A stretch of 36,915 nt of DNA from Squatina squatina (taxonomy: Eukaryota). The DNA lies in contig JARFOE010000080.1 of NCBI GenBank assembly GCA_031763465.1, positions 9,557,159-9,594,073 on the forward strand. Direction: 5' to 3'. The position numbers and the translations under genes are program-made. The notes below the pieces were generated by a model. That model made no database searches and was not told the origin of the DNA. It saw nothing but the letters and a program-made list of their open reading frames with translations. Position 1 is the stretch's first letter, and the number at the start of each line of letters is the position of its first letter. This document shows, one piece after another, positions 10,401 through 22,150 of this stretch.

Positions 10401-11960
10401 ACTGAGTCTCCAGCAGTGTGCCCTGGCTGTGTGAGATCAGTGAATTTACCCAGTTGACTNNNNNNNNNNNNNNNNNNNNNNNNNNNNNNNNNNNNNNNNN
10501 NNNNNNNNNNNNNNNNNNNNNNNNNNNNNNNNNNNNNNNNNNNNNNNNNNNNNNNNNNNCTCCCATTTCTTATTTTCATATGTTCTCATGCACCAGAGTC
10601 AAATGTTGCGAATCCTACTTTACCGTTTGCTGTCAGAAGGGGGCGGTGTTGAATTACAGTTGAAAACCTTGATTTTTGGTCGCTCTCACTTAATCCACTT
10701 GGTTGTTGTAATTAACGTGATATTCCAAAGCAATCAGACCACAATGAAGTGGCTAAATCCATAATTTCACGAAAGTTCTCCCAAAAGATCTCCCCACATA
10801 TACATCAGTCCGGCAGGAACCTTCTATTGCAAGGCTGTTTTTTTTTTAAATGTGATCCTGAAATTGCTCAGAATTTACTCGCGAATATTTGCTATTATGA
10901 TTTTCACCTGGCAAAGCAACTTGGGGAAATTTGACAGCAGAAAGACCGTGTTACATGTATCAGGATAGGCATATTGTGTGGTTCAGCAGTATCTTCATTT
11001 GAAATCAGGCATTCATCCCACTCATTGTATTGTCAGAGGCTCAGGTTTCCCCATGTAACTAAAATCACTTTAACAGGAGCATTAATGGGGGTATCTGATG
11101 CACCTTCAGAACGAGATGCACCGACGACCCTTACTGCAAAAGAACATTAATACTGAAAAAAAAGACCTCTGTTACTTTCATTTGTATTTTGTTTTAAGGT
11201 CATCTTTGGCCGATTCCGTTTAAGGTCACAAATATAGTTAGAAATATCTTTGACAATGACTTCTTTGGTTTGTCTAATCTATGCCTCTATAATAAATAAG
11301 TATCGCCAGTTTAGTCATTTTCTGTAAAACATGTGAACAAGTGTCGCTGGATAAAATAAGAAAGTGAGAATAAAGAAAGAATCAATGAGAGTGAAGTATC
11401 GGGTGGATGAAACCAATCTATTTGTAACACACGCAGGGCGCTCAAAGGTCCAAGTGTGCATGTTATTTTTGCACGCTGAATAATTCTTACTCATGTTTTA
11501 GTTTCAAGATCTGGGGTTTCGTTTTGTTCGATATTAGATCCCCGTCAAACCCCTGGAAATACAAGTAATGCAAAAGATTTCCTGCGTGGTGAGAGTAATG
11601 AAGCATAACGTGGCAGGCAGAGGCATATTATTCGTATTNNNNNNNNNNNNNNNNNNNNNNNNNNNNNNNNNNNNNNNNNNNNNNNNNNNNNNNNNNNNNN
11701 NNNNNNNNNNNNNNNNNNNNNNNNNNNNNNNNNNNNNNATAAACATAAGTGGTGTGGGTCTACAACTCCGCAGTGTTTCTCTCTGGAGTCAGGTGAACAC
11801 TGACTCTAGATTTGCACTACATGTGAGTGTCAGTACAAAGCAGAAACTGCTCAGCACAACCACTTAACTTGCAATGCAAATGTACCCTGTTTATCAAGGT
11901 TTTGCTTTTAGATTTGAATCAGGGACTCTTTTAGTGTTCCTCTGTGTAGAGTGTCCATAA

Positions 11961-11993
11961 AATAACATAAATTGTGTGAATTTTTTTTAACAG
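11961..11993 (+). promoter_or_regulatory. 3' splice acceptor of the SLITRK coding exon (exon starts 11994)
   Basis: aataac (branch-like) ... gaattttttttaacAG|atatttg, 45 nt before the likely ATG. SLITRK genes typically have non-coding 5' exon(s) spliced onto one large coding exon. Confidence 0.7.
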
Positions 11994-12038
11994 ATATTTG
12001 AACACCGTGAAATTTTGATGGACTTTATTTCTGAGAAA

Positions 12039-14579
12039 ATGTTGACCTGGATCCTTCTTCTAAGTGCAGTCTTAGTTCTAATCAATTCCCAGAAGGCAGA
12101 TCCTGCAAATGCTTCAGACAAGGAAGTGTGTGAGAGCCTTTGCTCCTGTGTGGAAAGAGATGGCTTGCTGCACATAAACTGTCAAAACAAGGACATTATT
12201 GAAATATCCCAAATAAAACCGCCACAGACCAGTACCTACAATCTTAACCTACAAGAAAACCTTGTGAGCATACTATATCCCAATGATTTCATTAACTTCA
12301 GGAACGCTTTGTCACTACATCTCGGCAAGAATAATTTGCAGGACTTGGAAGCTGAGATTTTCACTGGCCTTAGTTCTCTGAAACGCTTACATATAAATGG
12401 CAACTATTTGCAAGTGCTGCGAGAGGGCACATTTCGAGGACTGGACAATTTGGAATTCCTTCAGGCAGACAATAATTTAATCCAAATTATTGAGCCTGGT
12501 GCATTCAGTAAGCTTCACCGGCTAAAAGTGCTCATCCTGAACGACAATGCAATCCCCTTTCTCCCCACCAACATCTTCCGTTTTGTGCCCCTGACGCACC
12601 TGGACCTTCGAGGAAATCGATTAGATTCACTTCCTTATGTCGGTCTTTTGGAGCATATTGGGAGGNNNNNNNNNNNNNNNNNNNNNNNNNNNNNNNNNNN
12701 NNNNNNNNNNNNNNNNNNNNNNNNNNNNNNNNNNNNNNNNNNNNNNNNNNNNNNNNNNNNNNNNNNNNNNNNNNNNNNNNNNNNNNNNNNNNNNNNNNNN
12801 NNNNNNNNNNNNNNNNNNNNNNNNNNNNNNNNNNNNNNNNNNNNNNNNNNNNNNNNNNNNNNNNNNNNNNNNNNNNNNNNNNNNNNNNNNNNNNNNNNNN
12901 NNNNNNNNNNNNNNNNNNNNNNNNNNNNNNNNNNNNNNNNNNNNNNNNNNNNNNNNNNNNNNNNNNNNNNNNNNNNNNNNNNNNNNNNNNNTGGACAGGA
13001 TGATGGCAAAATTCCTATAACAAGGCCTGCGACCCATCCGAAATCGCCCTGCAGAACAACATGTCATTGCAGCACACAGCCAAATGTAGGGCAAATAATG
13101 AAATGTCAAGAAAGAAACATTAAAAGTTTATCAGACCTTGTACCCAGTCCACCAAATCCAATAAAGCTTTATTTGACTGATAACATTATCCAGTCTGTGA
13201 CAAAATATGATTTCCTAGATTATGGCAGCCTGGAATTACTCCATTTAGGGAACAACCGAATAACAGCAATCGAGGATGGTGCTTTTGCAAACCTCACCAA
13301 TCTCCACAAGATGTATTTGAATGGGAACAATATTGTAAGATTAACAAAAGAAATGTTCATCGGGCTCAGTTGCCTACAATACTTGTATCTAGAACACAAT
13401 GTAATCAAAGAGATAGTACCAGCGACATTCAGTGTCCTACCACAACTGAAAGTCTTATATTTGAACAATAACCTCCTTCATAGTTTGCCTCCACACATAT
13501 TTGCTGGCGTTCCACTCTTACGGTTAAATCTTAAAAATAATCATTTTATGCACCTCCCTGTGAGCAATGTAATAGATCAACTTGAATTACTAGTTCAGAT
13601 TGATCTAGAAGACAACCCATGGGATTGCACTTGTGACTTGGTAAGTTTGAAGCAATGGATGGAAAAACTCAATAAAAATGTAACCGTGGGCGAGATTATG
13701 TGCGAGTCTCCTGAAAAGTTTGCCAAAAAAGATTTGAAAATGTTGAACAATGAATTGATATGTCCTGGATTAATAAATATCCTGGTTCCACCAACACAGC
13801 CCAATGATATCATCCTGACCACGGCAGCCACTAGTACAGCCTCCAGCCTTCTGAGTTCTATCATGGACACAGTGCCACTTTCTGTTTTGATCCTTAGCAT
13901 GTTGGTGGTATTCATATTGATTGTATTCAGTGCAGCCGGGATGGTCGTCCTTGTGCTTCATCGTCGGAGGAGATCAAAGAAAAAACTTAAAACTACACCA
14001 GTACAGGACTGCAGCCCATTTCACGTTCAGTACAGTGTATATGGACATAAGAGGACCCACCATACTGAAGAAAGACCAGATGGAAATATATATGAGCAGC
14101 ACACAATTAACGCAATAGGTCCAGTGTGCAGAAGCCATCCTTATAGCATGAGAGATTTAGAGCTGGACAGCGAAAACAAAGATGGAAATGAGCCAAAAAT
14201 GATTTACAGGAGTCACATGATGAGAGAAAATGATTCTCTGCTCACAAGTTCCAATATCAAATTCAGTGTAATAGAGCAGACCCCAGAATTTGTGCCCCTC
14301 CGTGATCCCAGTTCAATGTACAGAAATATTCTTGAAAAAGAAAGGGAACTTCAGCAAATTGGGATCACTGAATACCTGAAGAAAAATATCCCACCCCTAC
14401 AGCCAGAACTCGATGGTCGCTACCCATCAAGGCATGAAGAGCTGAAACTAATGGAAGCAATCATATATTCAAGACCTAAAAAAGTTGTAGTTGAAGAGAT
14501 GAAAAATGAATATTTTGAGCTGAAAGCAAAGCTCCAAANNNNNNNNNNNNNNNNNNNNNNNNNNNNNNNNNNNNNNNNN
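12039..14579 (+). CDS. SLITRK6: SLIT and NTRK-like protein 6 (SLITRK6 or close paralog), single coding exon; 3' end estimated because the stop lies in the gap 14539-14638
   Basis: Signal peptide [14 protein letters not shown]; LRRNT CESLCSC; LRR cluster 1 with the SLITRK6-typical [48 protein letters not shown]; LRRNT2 CRTTCHC..CQERNI; LRR cluster 2; [26 protein letters not shown]; [31 protein letters not shown] (about 13872-13958) followed by HRRRRSKKK; cytoplasmic [20 protein letters not shown] and [12 protein letters not shown]. The 326-N gap (12666-12991) preserves the frame. ATG 12039 (AAA ATG) matches the family start; an in-frame ATG at 12018 is an alternative. Confidence 0.92.
12666..12991. 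other. Assembly gap (326 N) inside the SLITRK CDS
   Basis: Run of N covering the expected LRRCT1 and linker; its length keeps the reading frame. Confidence 0.97.
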
Positions 14580-14638
14580 NNNNNNNNNNNNNNNNNNNNN
14601 NNNNNNNNNNNNNNNNNNNNNNNNNNNNNNNNNNNNNN

Positions 14639-16110
14639 GCCAATCTGTCTTCATTCCTCCAAACTCATTTCACAATGGACCATTTGTACTTATTGCACAG
14701 ATGAGGCTGCCCAAAAGATGAAACGGGTAGCTGGTTGTGTTGTGCTACTGAGCTTTCTACACCTTGGATCATCTCATTCTAGTTGTAAATGTCTGTAGAA
14801 CAAAATTAGCCTTCAATACAGCTCTAGTCGGCACATAAACTTGTAAGCTGAGTAAGATGGTGTAGACTAGTGTGATCATTATTTGTAAGGCAGCAGAACC
14901 ATGTTTGCGCAGTGGAAGGTGCTCTTCTCCCAGATAGTCTACAAATTTGGGTGTCCTAATAACTGACTTTACATTTTTTTTTTCTTTTGGCTGGTTCAGA
15001 AATGGAGCCTCCAGCACTGCCTCGTGCAATCAGCAAGCATCTCCCTCAGTTTGGAAATGCACTTTAAATAAACCCAAATTTGCTGCTCCTCAGAGTGGCA
15101 GAGCCAGGAGTGAGGCTGTATGAAAACTTAACGTCGTCTTCTATAGTGTTCAACTTCCTCTTTTGCCTCCATTTTATGTTCTAGGAGGACTACAATGAAC
15201 TACTGGCAATATTCAGCTCTTTGTAACTCAAAGATCAAATGAGGAAAAATAAACATAATACTGAAAAATACAAACCTAAAATATTGAAATGAAGTTGAAC
15301 ATTAAACGTGCTGGTAGAAATGCTGTGGGATAATGATTCTGGATTTATTTTCAAGGCCACTGGTTTGCAGTTTTCATGGAAAAATGGATTAAATCGTGGA
15401 ACGTGATCCCCAAAACAACAGTCAAAATCCCACGTAACCAAACAAAATCTGACTTATTTGGTCAATGTAAACCAGTGACCTTGCTTATTTTTATGTTAGT
15501 TAACATGTACATTCTCTCACAGTCTTCTGTTATGAGTTCATTATCTGATATGGGGGCAAGTTACATGACTTCTGACAATCCAATCTTCTGATGCTGCTGG
15601 ATTTTATTTTAAATTATAGACTATAGTTTGCACTTGCATATGTGCAATTCTGAAATAACTACTGTAAGAAGCAGACACAGATGTGGCTGCACACTGTATT
15701 TAGACTGTGTCATGTTCTCTTTGTGGCGTTGCTCTTGTGTCAGTTATATGATTAGGCATTCCCAGTTCCTCTAAGCCTGGGACTACATTCACTGCTTTTT
15801 TTTTAAAAGAAAAATTGAAACAAAAAATTGTGCTTTTTTTTGTAAATCTTTAAATCACAATAAGTTTAAAAGCTGACACATGCGGGGGAAAAAAGCACAT
15901 AAAAACCAAAATGTTGAAGGGTAAGATTTGTTTCAAATACAATATAGAAGTCTGCAAGCTATTTTTTCAGTTACAAAATGTAAGATTCCTGTAAGCTATT
16001 TATTCTGTACAGTTTTGCAAATAAATCAGGGGTGCCTTTCTTGTAAAAAAAAATATGCGCACTGAACTTTTAGTTGAAATAAAGTCAAGATAAAATAATC
16101 TCTCCTTTCA
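14639..16110 (+). other. Probable SLITRK6 3'UTR with poly(A) signals
   Basis: AT-rich, repeat-free stretch after the CDS. AATAAA at 15067-15072, 16020-16025 and 16078-16083; U-rich tracts upstream of the distal pair. Confidence 0.55.
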
Positions 16111-16186
16111 CCGAGTCTTTCCATTCTGGTTCGCTTCTGGAATGGAACCAGCCTTATTCCTGCTGTTCAGGTCTGCACAGACTACA

Positions 16187-16326
16187 GTGAGAATTTCCTC
16201 AGATGCGCTGCTGATGTAACTTCGGTGTGACAGGAACCTGATTTACGTGTGCAAGCAGGATTTCCGCTGCAATTCTGGTGCAGTTACGGCGGCCGGAGCA
16301 GGAGGAGCTCTGAGGTAATATCCAGC
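16187..16326. mobile_element. Degenerate MITE-like palindrome
   Basis: gaatttcctcaga..gtaact / agttac..tctgaggtaatatcc imperfect inverted ends; locally GC- and CpG-rich. Confidence 0.4.
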
Positions 16327-17539
16327 ATGTCTTTGTTCTACAGTCCGCACCACTTACACCGTCCACACTTGTTACGGGTAGCTGCCCATGTCAGGCAAAT
16401 GGCGCAAACTGTTTATCATCACCACAGGAGTCAATTACAAATGTGTCACTTAAAACGTATTGAGCCCACTGACTATTTTGTGCTATTCAGTACTTGCTCC
16501 ACTGATTTCAGGCAAAGTAAGATGTTCAGGCAACTTCAATCAGCTATTTGCACTGTTATCAATTGCGGGAGCAGTCATAAAGTGAAGACTTCAGACAGCA
16601 TCAATCAGCTGTTTGAAGTTGCCTACAGAAACTACTTTCTGACTGTCTCCCGTAAGTCGGGGTCAATTTTACCATCCACCACAGATAGCGGGAACATCAT
16701 GTTAGTAAATATGTGCCCGCTATATGCGGTGCAGACTCTATTTTAAATTGTATTACAAGAAAAAGGTGTTGCGGAGAGAGAAGAATTCAGATAAAAGAAN
16801 NNNNNNNNNNNNNNNNNNNNNNNNNNNNNNNNNNNNNNNNNNNNNNNNNNNNNNNNNNNNNNNNNNNNNNNNNNNNNNNNNNNNNNNNNNNNNNNNNNNT
16901 GAGCTGCCATTCTGTCCGCATGGCCAGACAACAAATGACTGATGCACGATTTGACCATGCTCACCTGTACATTAACTTTGACATAAAGCAGCACTTACAA
17001 TCCTAAGACAGGAGGACCTCCTGTCGTTTGCTAGGATTCAGGGAATAATTGGTTGCTGCTCAATCTTTTGACACAATGTGCAAATGGATGTGACCTCCAG
17101 CTCAGATTATAGCCCATTTCTCAGGAGTACCCATGATTACACATCCTATGTGAAAACCAAGTTCTGCCATGGCAAAGGAAAGCTCGATGGCTGGCTGGCC
17201 AGGCCACTCCAGTTGAAGAGCTACCTCCACCACATACATAATGGGCTAGATAGCCTTCTTCTGTGCTGTAATTTCTTTGATTCTATGCTGGAAAATATGA
17301 GGTATGTGTTACAATCATGGCTCATGATACACAATCCCCAGAATCTGCACATCAGGATTTAAGTGAAACACGATGAGGGCGATAAGTTGGAACAGGGTAC
17401 GCGATGCTTTAATGGTGTTATTCTTCCTCATAATAATGAATCAAATCTTATTTTCCTGAATTAATAATGTCACATACTTGGTGAATATGTTTTAGAACAG
17501 TGGTTAGCAAATTTTGTGAGATTTATCTTTTAGATTTAG

Positions 17540-17940
17540 TTTAAATCTGCACATCTGAGTTAACCAGGCACATCCTTCTAGACAGTAATGTTTCTGCCTT
17601 CACTCCTAGATATCTCACCCCTGTGCATATGAGTAGTTCTGCACTGTGTCTCTGACAATCTTATCCACACTCTACTTCCTTTACCTCTCACTAATTTCAA
17701 AGCATTATTGGTTTTACTTTATCTTCAAAAGACATTTCTGCTGTGCTTGCCTGTCTGCACAATCCACTGAATCTTAATAATGACTTTGGCACTTTGACTA
17801 AAATTCTCTAGACAAATCTGGATTTTAAATTTGAAGTTATTATTCTCAGTGACTTCAAAATTGATTGTGTCAGACCTGACATAAATAGTTTTAGCTTAAT
17901 TTTAAAATTTCATGCCATCTTGCCCATTAGAAGTGCACAT
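17540..17940 (+). mobile_element. Highly decayed APE endonuclease of a CR1/L2-type LINE
   Basis: Reads AVLACLHNPLNLNNDF..KFEVIILSDFKIDC, resembling the APE motifs (V..YRPP) and (IILGDFNID), with a stop and a frameshift. Confidence 0.4.
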
Positions 17941-18189
17941 TGGGAAACTGTGGACAGCTTTTGGATGAAACCAGAGAGATTCATTTTGTAGAATCTGCAA
18001 GTCATTGTGAATCAGTAATAGACATAGTGACTGTAATGGCATGTTTTCACCCAGTGGATGCAGTGTACTTGGTGAGGGTGACTATCAGGNNNNNNNNNNN
18101 NNNNNNNNNNNNNNNNNNNNNNNNNNNNNNNNNNNNNNNNNNNNNNNNNNNNNNNNNNNNNNNNNNNNNNNNNNNNNNNNNNNNNNNNN

Positions 18190-18427
18190 CTCCCCCCTTA
18201 AGAAGTACCGCTAGCTTTAATTAGTGCTTGCCTCGCACGAACAAGGGCCCCCTGCTGAGTGTTCAGCCACTCAGCAGTGTGTTCAGCACTGGGCTGCATG
18301 CCTCAATCCTTCTAAATAGCAGGCAGCATGAAATTTGCATGCTGCCTGCATTACTTTGAATGGGCATGGGCTGATCCCACATTGCGATTCCGGCACTCTT
18401 TTTCGGTGGCAATTGAATTTTTAGCCC
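18190..18427. mobile_element. End of a non-autonomous Harbinger-like element
   Basis: GC-richer block ending aattgaatttttagccc; its reverse complement GGGCTAAAAATT resembles the GGGCTGAATTTT terminus at 26907. Confidence 0.45.
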
Positions 18428-18429
18428 AG

Positions 18430-18555
18430 TGTCTTTGACAATATAGCACTTCCGTGAAGCATCAGCTTAGATTTGTGCTAAAGTCCTGCAGTGAAGTTTG
18501 AACACCTGGCCTGCTGAATTTGGGACAAGAATTCAAAAAGTGAACCAGATTGACA
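18430..18555 (-). mobile_element. 5' (tRNA-derived) part of a DeuSINE-like SINE, decayed
   Basis: Reverse complement ..gtgttcaaacttcactgcaggactttagcacaaatctaagctgatgc.. gives a B-box-like GTTCAAAC followed by the segment that precedes the Deu core at 6512. Confidence 0.45.
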
Positions 18556-19094
18556 TTCCAAAGTTCATTGCCAGGTGTATAAGAGATTTTTTTTTAAATG
18601 ACCTTATCCTTTTAGGTTTAAGTTTGGTAGCCAGGTTCTCTTCATCCATATTAGGACACCTGCTGGCATGAGGGTAAAGCTGTGCTGGGGGTTCCTGCTA
18701 ATTATTCAAATATGCTGACCCCAGAAAGTTGTGGCTCAATGCACTTTTGACAAGGTTTGAGCCAGCAGCTAGCCATTTCTGGCTCCACTCTGCCAGTATT
18801 GCTGAATCCACCTCTAGCGGAATGCATAAAATCATGACAATCTCAGAAAAGATAGCATTAATCTTTGAGATGTTCAAAATAATATAGGTTAATAGGCTGT
18901 GAAGGATTTATCTTATTTCAGATCCCTCTGTCTCTTGAATTGATATGCTAGAATTCCTCAAGTTTATACTCCAATTTTTCTTAGTAACAGCTGTGGAAAT
19001 TAAGCAGTTTGAGTTAACAAGTTAACCTTCAGGAAGTTGCATTCTATCTGTTCATTTCAAGAAAGATTAGCTTTGACCTGATTGTCTGAGCTAA

Positions 19095-19215
19095 TTACCT
19101 TGCCCTCTAATTTTAGCCTCTATCTAACGAAATCCATCCTCTCAGCAGAGGCAAAAGGGTTGACCTTTCAGAAAGGCCTCAGTGAATTTCTATTTATCTG
19201 CAGATGATACAAAGG
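19095..19215 (+). mobile_element. Possible decayed LINE reverse-transcriptase core
   Basis: LPSNFSLYL..KGL.. then a frameshift to VNFYLSADDTK; spacing resembles the RT motifs P.LF.LY and YADD. Confidence 0.3.
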
Positions 19216-19779
19216 AATCCTTTTTGTCAGACTATATAATAATTTAGGGTTGTCTGCATTTGGAGCACAAACATTTAAACTATATTAAATGAACCTATTA
19301 AATGCCTCCTAATTGGAACAACATGTTCTTCAGGATATACCTGGTGTTCCATTGATGAAAGGTAACCATCAGGAATGAGATTGGCGATGCCACAGTTAGC
19401 ATTTTTCAAATGAGGAGTCATTTGTTTTTGAAAAAGTAACAAAGTTATCAATGACTTAGTACATTTTCCAAGCTTTAAATGTGCCACTTGGAGAAAGGAA
19501 CTTGTACTCTCTCCTTTTGTGAAAGGCAGTAATTTTCTATCCTTCAGTTGGGTGACTGTCTTCCTTGCTGGTTCAGTAATTATCTTCGTGTTCATAGAAA
19601 ATGACATAAGAGGTGAAATATTGTCAAAATCGATTAAAAAAGGATAATGGCTTCTTTCCACTACCANNNNNNNNNNNNNNNNNNNNNNNNNNNNNNNNNN
19701 NNNNNNNNNNNNNNNNNNNNNNNNNNNNNNNNNNNNNNNNNNNNNNNNNNNNNNNNNNNNNNNNNNATTAAAGAAAAGA

Positions 19780-20095
19780 CCGGAGAAATTTGGGATCTTC
19801 AGTTTTGAAAGATGTCAGAGAGGACGTACTAGAAATATATAAAATATTATTAAATGGAAAATCTTGAGTACTGTTGCAAGGTATGTCATGAAATTAGATC
19901 AAGGGCTACCAGTTTAAACCATAAATGGCAAATTTAGGACTAACATCACAAAGATTATGGACTTCTGGGTAGGGTAGTTGAGGCAAAAACCTTGGAAGAA
20001 GCATTTGGATATTGTGAAGGGAGGAACTATTGTTTTCTCTGGATCAAAGAGGTAAAATGGGCTAAATGGCCTTCCTCATCACTCATGTTTTTCTT
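19780..20095 (+). mobile_element. CR1 LINE 3' end, decayed
   Basis: gggatcttcagttttgaaag..agaggacgtactagaaatatataaaat..caagggctaccagtttaaa..tttaggact..atgggctaaatggccttcctcat. Confidence 0.65.
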
Positions 20096-21609
20096 GGTGA
20101 TAAATTAATTTGACAACTTTGTACAAGCTGCAATGTAATCTTTATATGCAACACCCTGGAACAGTAGATTTCCTGTGTGTCAAATGTATTTTTGTTAAAA
20201 AAAAACCTGCTCTTGAAAAGATATAAATGTATAGCAAGATATTTTTTTAAAAATCATATCAACCACATACATCATAAGATAATTATGTACAAAAACAGCC
20301 ATCCAGCCCATCTTAGTTTAACCATTCAAAATAAGGGCATCTGCCATTTTGATGCGTATGTGGTCTAACACAAAAAGCCTTCTGTTATTCATTTGACAAA
20401 GTCTCATGAAGCTTGCTTTACTGATGGAAGCTTTTGCAGGGCTTTCAGTATCATATCTCAGTGCCGAACAATATATGTGCCATGATCAAAGTGAAACCAG
20501 GACACGACATTTGTATCCAAGTTCAGTGCAGCATATTATCAAAAACACATACATTTAACTAAGAGAAACAAGATGGCCTATTCATTGGATATTCATTTTG
20601 GCTGAGTCGTATTTCTGATTATCAATAATCTGTTAACCCTCTGTGACCCTGAGACATCAGTGGCCACTTTCCCTGCATTTTGCCTGAAGGAGTTTCTATA
20701 TCTAAAACATGAATTCCCTTGTGTAGGATCACATGTTCTCCCTGTGTGTATTTTACCTGTCCCTCTACCTTTGTTAATATTCCCTCAAGCTTGCTTTTGT
20801 GAATCACAATGAAAGGTATCGAGAAGTAAAAGGTACATCTTTATGGGATGTGTGATAGATCACACAGTCTGCAAGGAGATTAAAGTCTCCCCCTGAAGCT
20901 CATGATTGTTGCATGTATACATGCTATAGTGTGATGTATTTTTTTCTTAAAGCAGCAAAAGGCATAATCATTTCAGGCTTCAAACTATTTTCACATGCAG
21001 CTGATTAAAGAAGCTAACATTCCTTTAGGGACAGTGGAACGAGGGAAATTTCATATCTGGTACTTTGATCTTTTACTTACTGAGCCATCTAGACATCAAA
21101 CTTAAAATTTAACTAAGTGCATTACATTACAAGCTTATTCACTTTAGTCACTGATTGTTCATTTATTGTATCGTTACAGCTGATATCTACACTTCAAACA
21201 AGACAGGGTGTGGCAGTAACAGCATACAGCAACCACTGACGTAACAAGATACTATGCTTTGCCCTAATTTCTTATAACTTGAATATTTCAGTTTGTTTTC
21301 AACAGTTCTCCACCGTGAAGCTCTGCGATTAAATTCTGTACCATTTTGTGACCACATGTTTTACTTTTTCTATCGTGCTTTGGCAGAAATTGTTTTTCCA
21401 TGTCATAGTTTATACTGCTCTGCCTTCGACAACTGGTCCGTTCTGAGGGTGTCTTATGCAAAGAAGGCCTGCTAATGGGCCTGAAATTGCGATCTCCCCA
21501 GGTAGGAACGATGTTCCCATGCACCCGGGGAGACATCACAAAAGCCAGTTGTGGTGCTGTTCAACGAAAGCCCGCATAACCGACATTTGCAATCTGTCCA
21601 GAAACTTCT

Positions 21610-22150
21610 GGCCCTCAATATGCCATTCAAAGACTCCATGTGTCATCGCTGGAACGAGAGGATGGTTTCGGGAAATCAATCGTTCACCGCTGCCAGGAAT
21701 ATGTGTACTGCATCATTATCAACAGTGTGTGAATGGGTTGTGAAATCGTGGGACGAGCTAAAGACAGACTGCGTCATAAAATCATTTAAAAATTGCAGTG
21801 TAAACAATGCCATGGACGGTACCGAGGATGACATATTGTGGGAAGAGGAGGTGGACGATGATGTGGCGGCCCATACAAACAACCACGGAGAGTGTGAATG
21901 TGATCCATACAACGACATGATTACTGCTGGCAACTGGGATATGTTGTTCAGCGATTCAGAAGATGTGTGTGAACTCTATTGATTTTAGATAAATATTTTT
22001 GTGCAATAACTGCTTTCTAGCTTCATTACTTACTATTATCGGTTGAAATTTTTGCCTTCACATTTGATACCTGTTGGAAAAGCCGACCCCTAAATTATGA
22101 GTCTAAAATTCTGGTCCAAATTCTCGGCTTGTACACCAGGATCTACGGTA
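21610..22150 (+). mobile_element. pogo-family (Tc1/mariner superfamily, DDE_1) transposase C-terminus with 3' TIR and TA target site
   Basis: LNMPFKDSMCHRWNERMVSGNQSFTAARNMCTASLSTVCEWVVKSWDELKTDCVIKSFKNCSVNNAMDGTEDDILWEEE matches the pogo/POGK-type C-terminus. Right end cggcttgtacaccaggatctacgg|TA (reverse complement CCGTAGATCCTGGTGTACAAGCCG). Confidence 0.88.

Noticed and set aside
11848-11870. TCAGCAC half-site suggesting a REST/NRSE element near a neural gene
   Set aside because: The GGACAG right half is absent.
13220-14118. Several ORFs antisense or out of frame within the SLITRK CDS
   Set aside because: Shadow ORFs expected opposite a real coding exon.
16249-16746. 165-aa ORF downstream of the 3'UTR
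   Set aside because: GTG start, begins inside a GC-rich MITE-like palindrome, no domain-like composition.
19275-19661. 128-aa minus-strand ORF containing an exon-like segment 19341-19486 (ctccaAG..CAG|GTATAT), suggesting a host gene antisense to SLITRK6
   Set aside because: Weak AAG acceptor, no recognisable protein and no partner exons; it sits next to probable decayed LINE sequence on the opposite strand.
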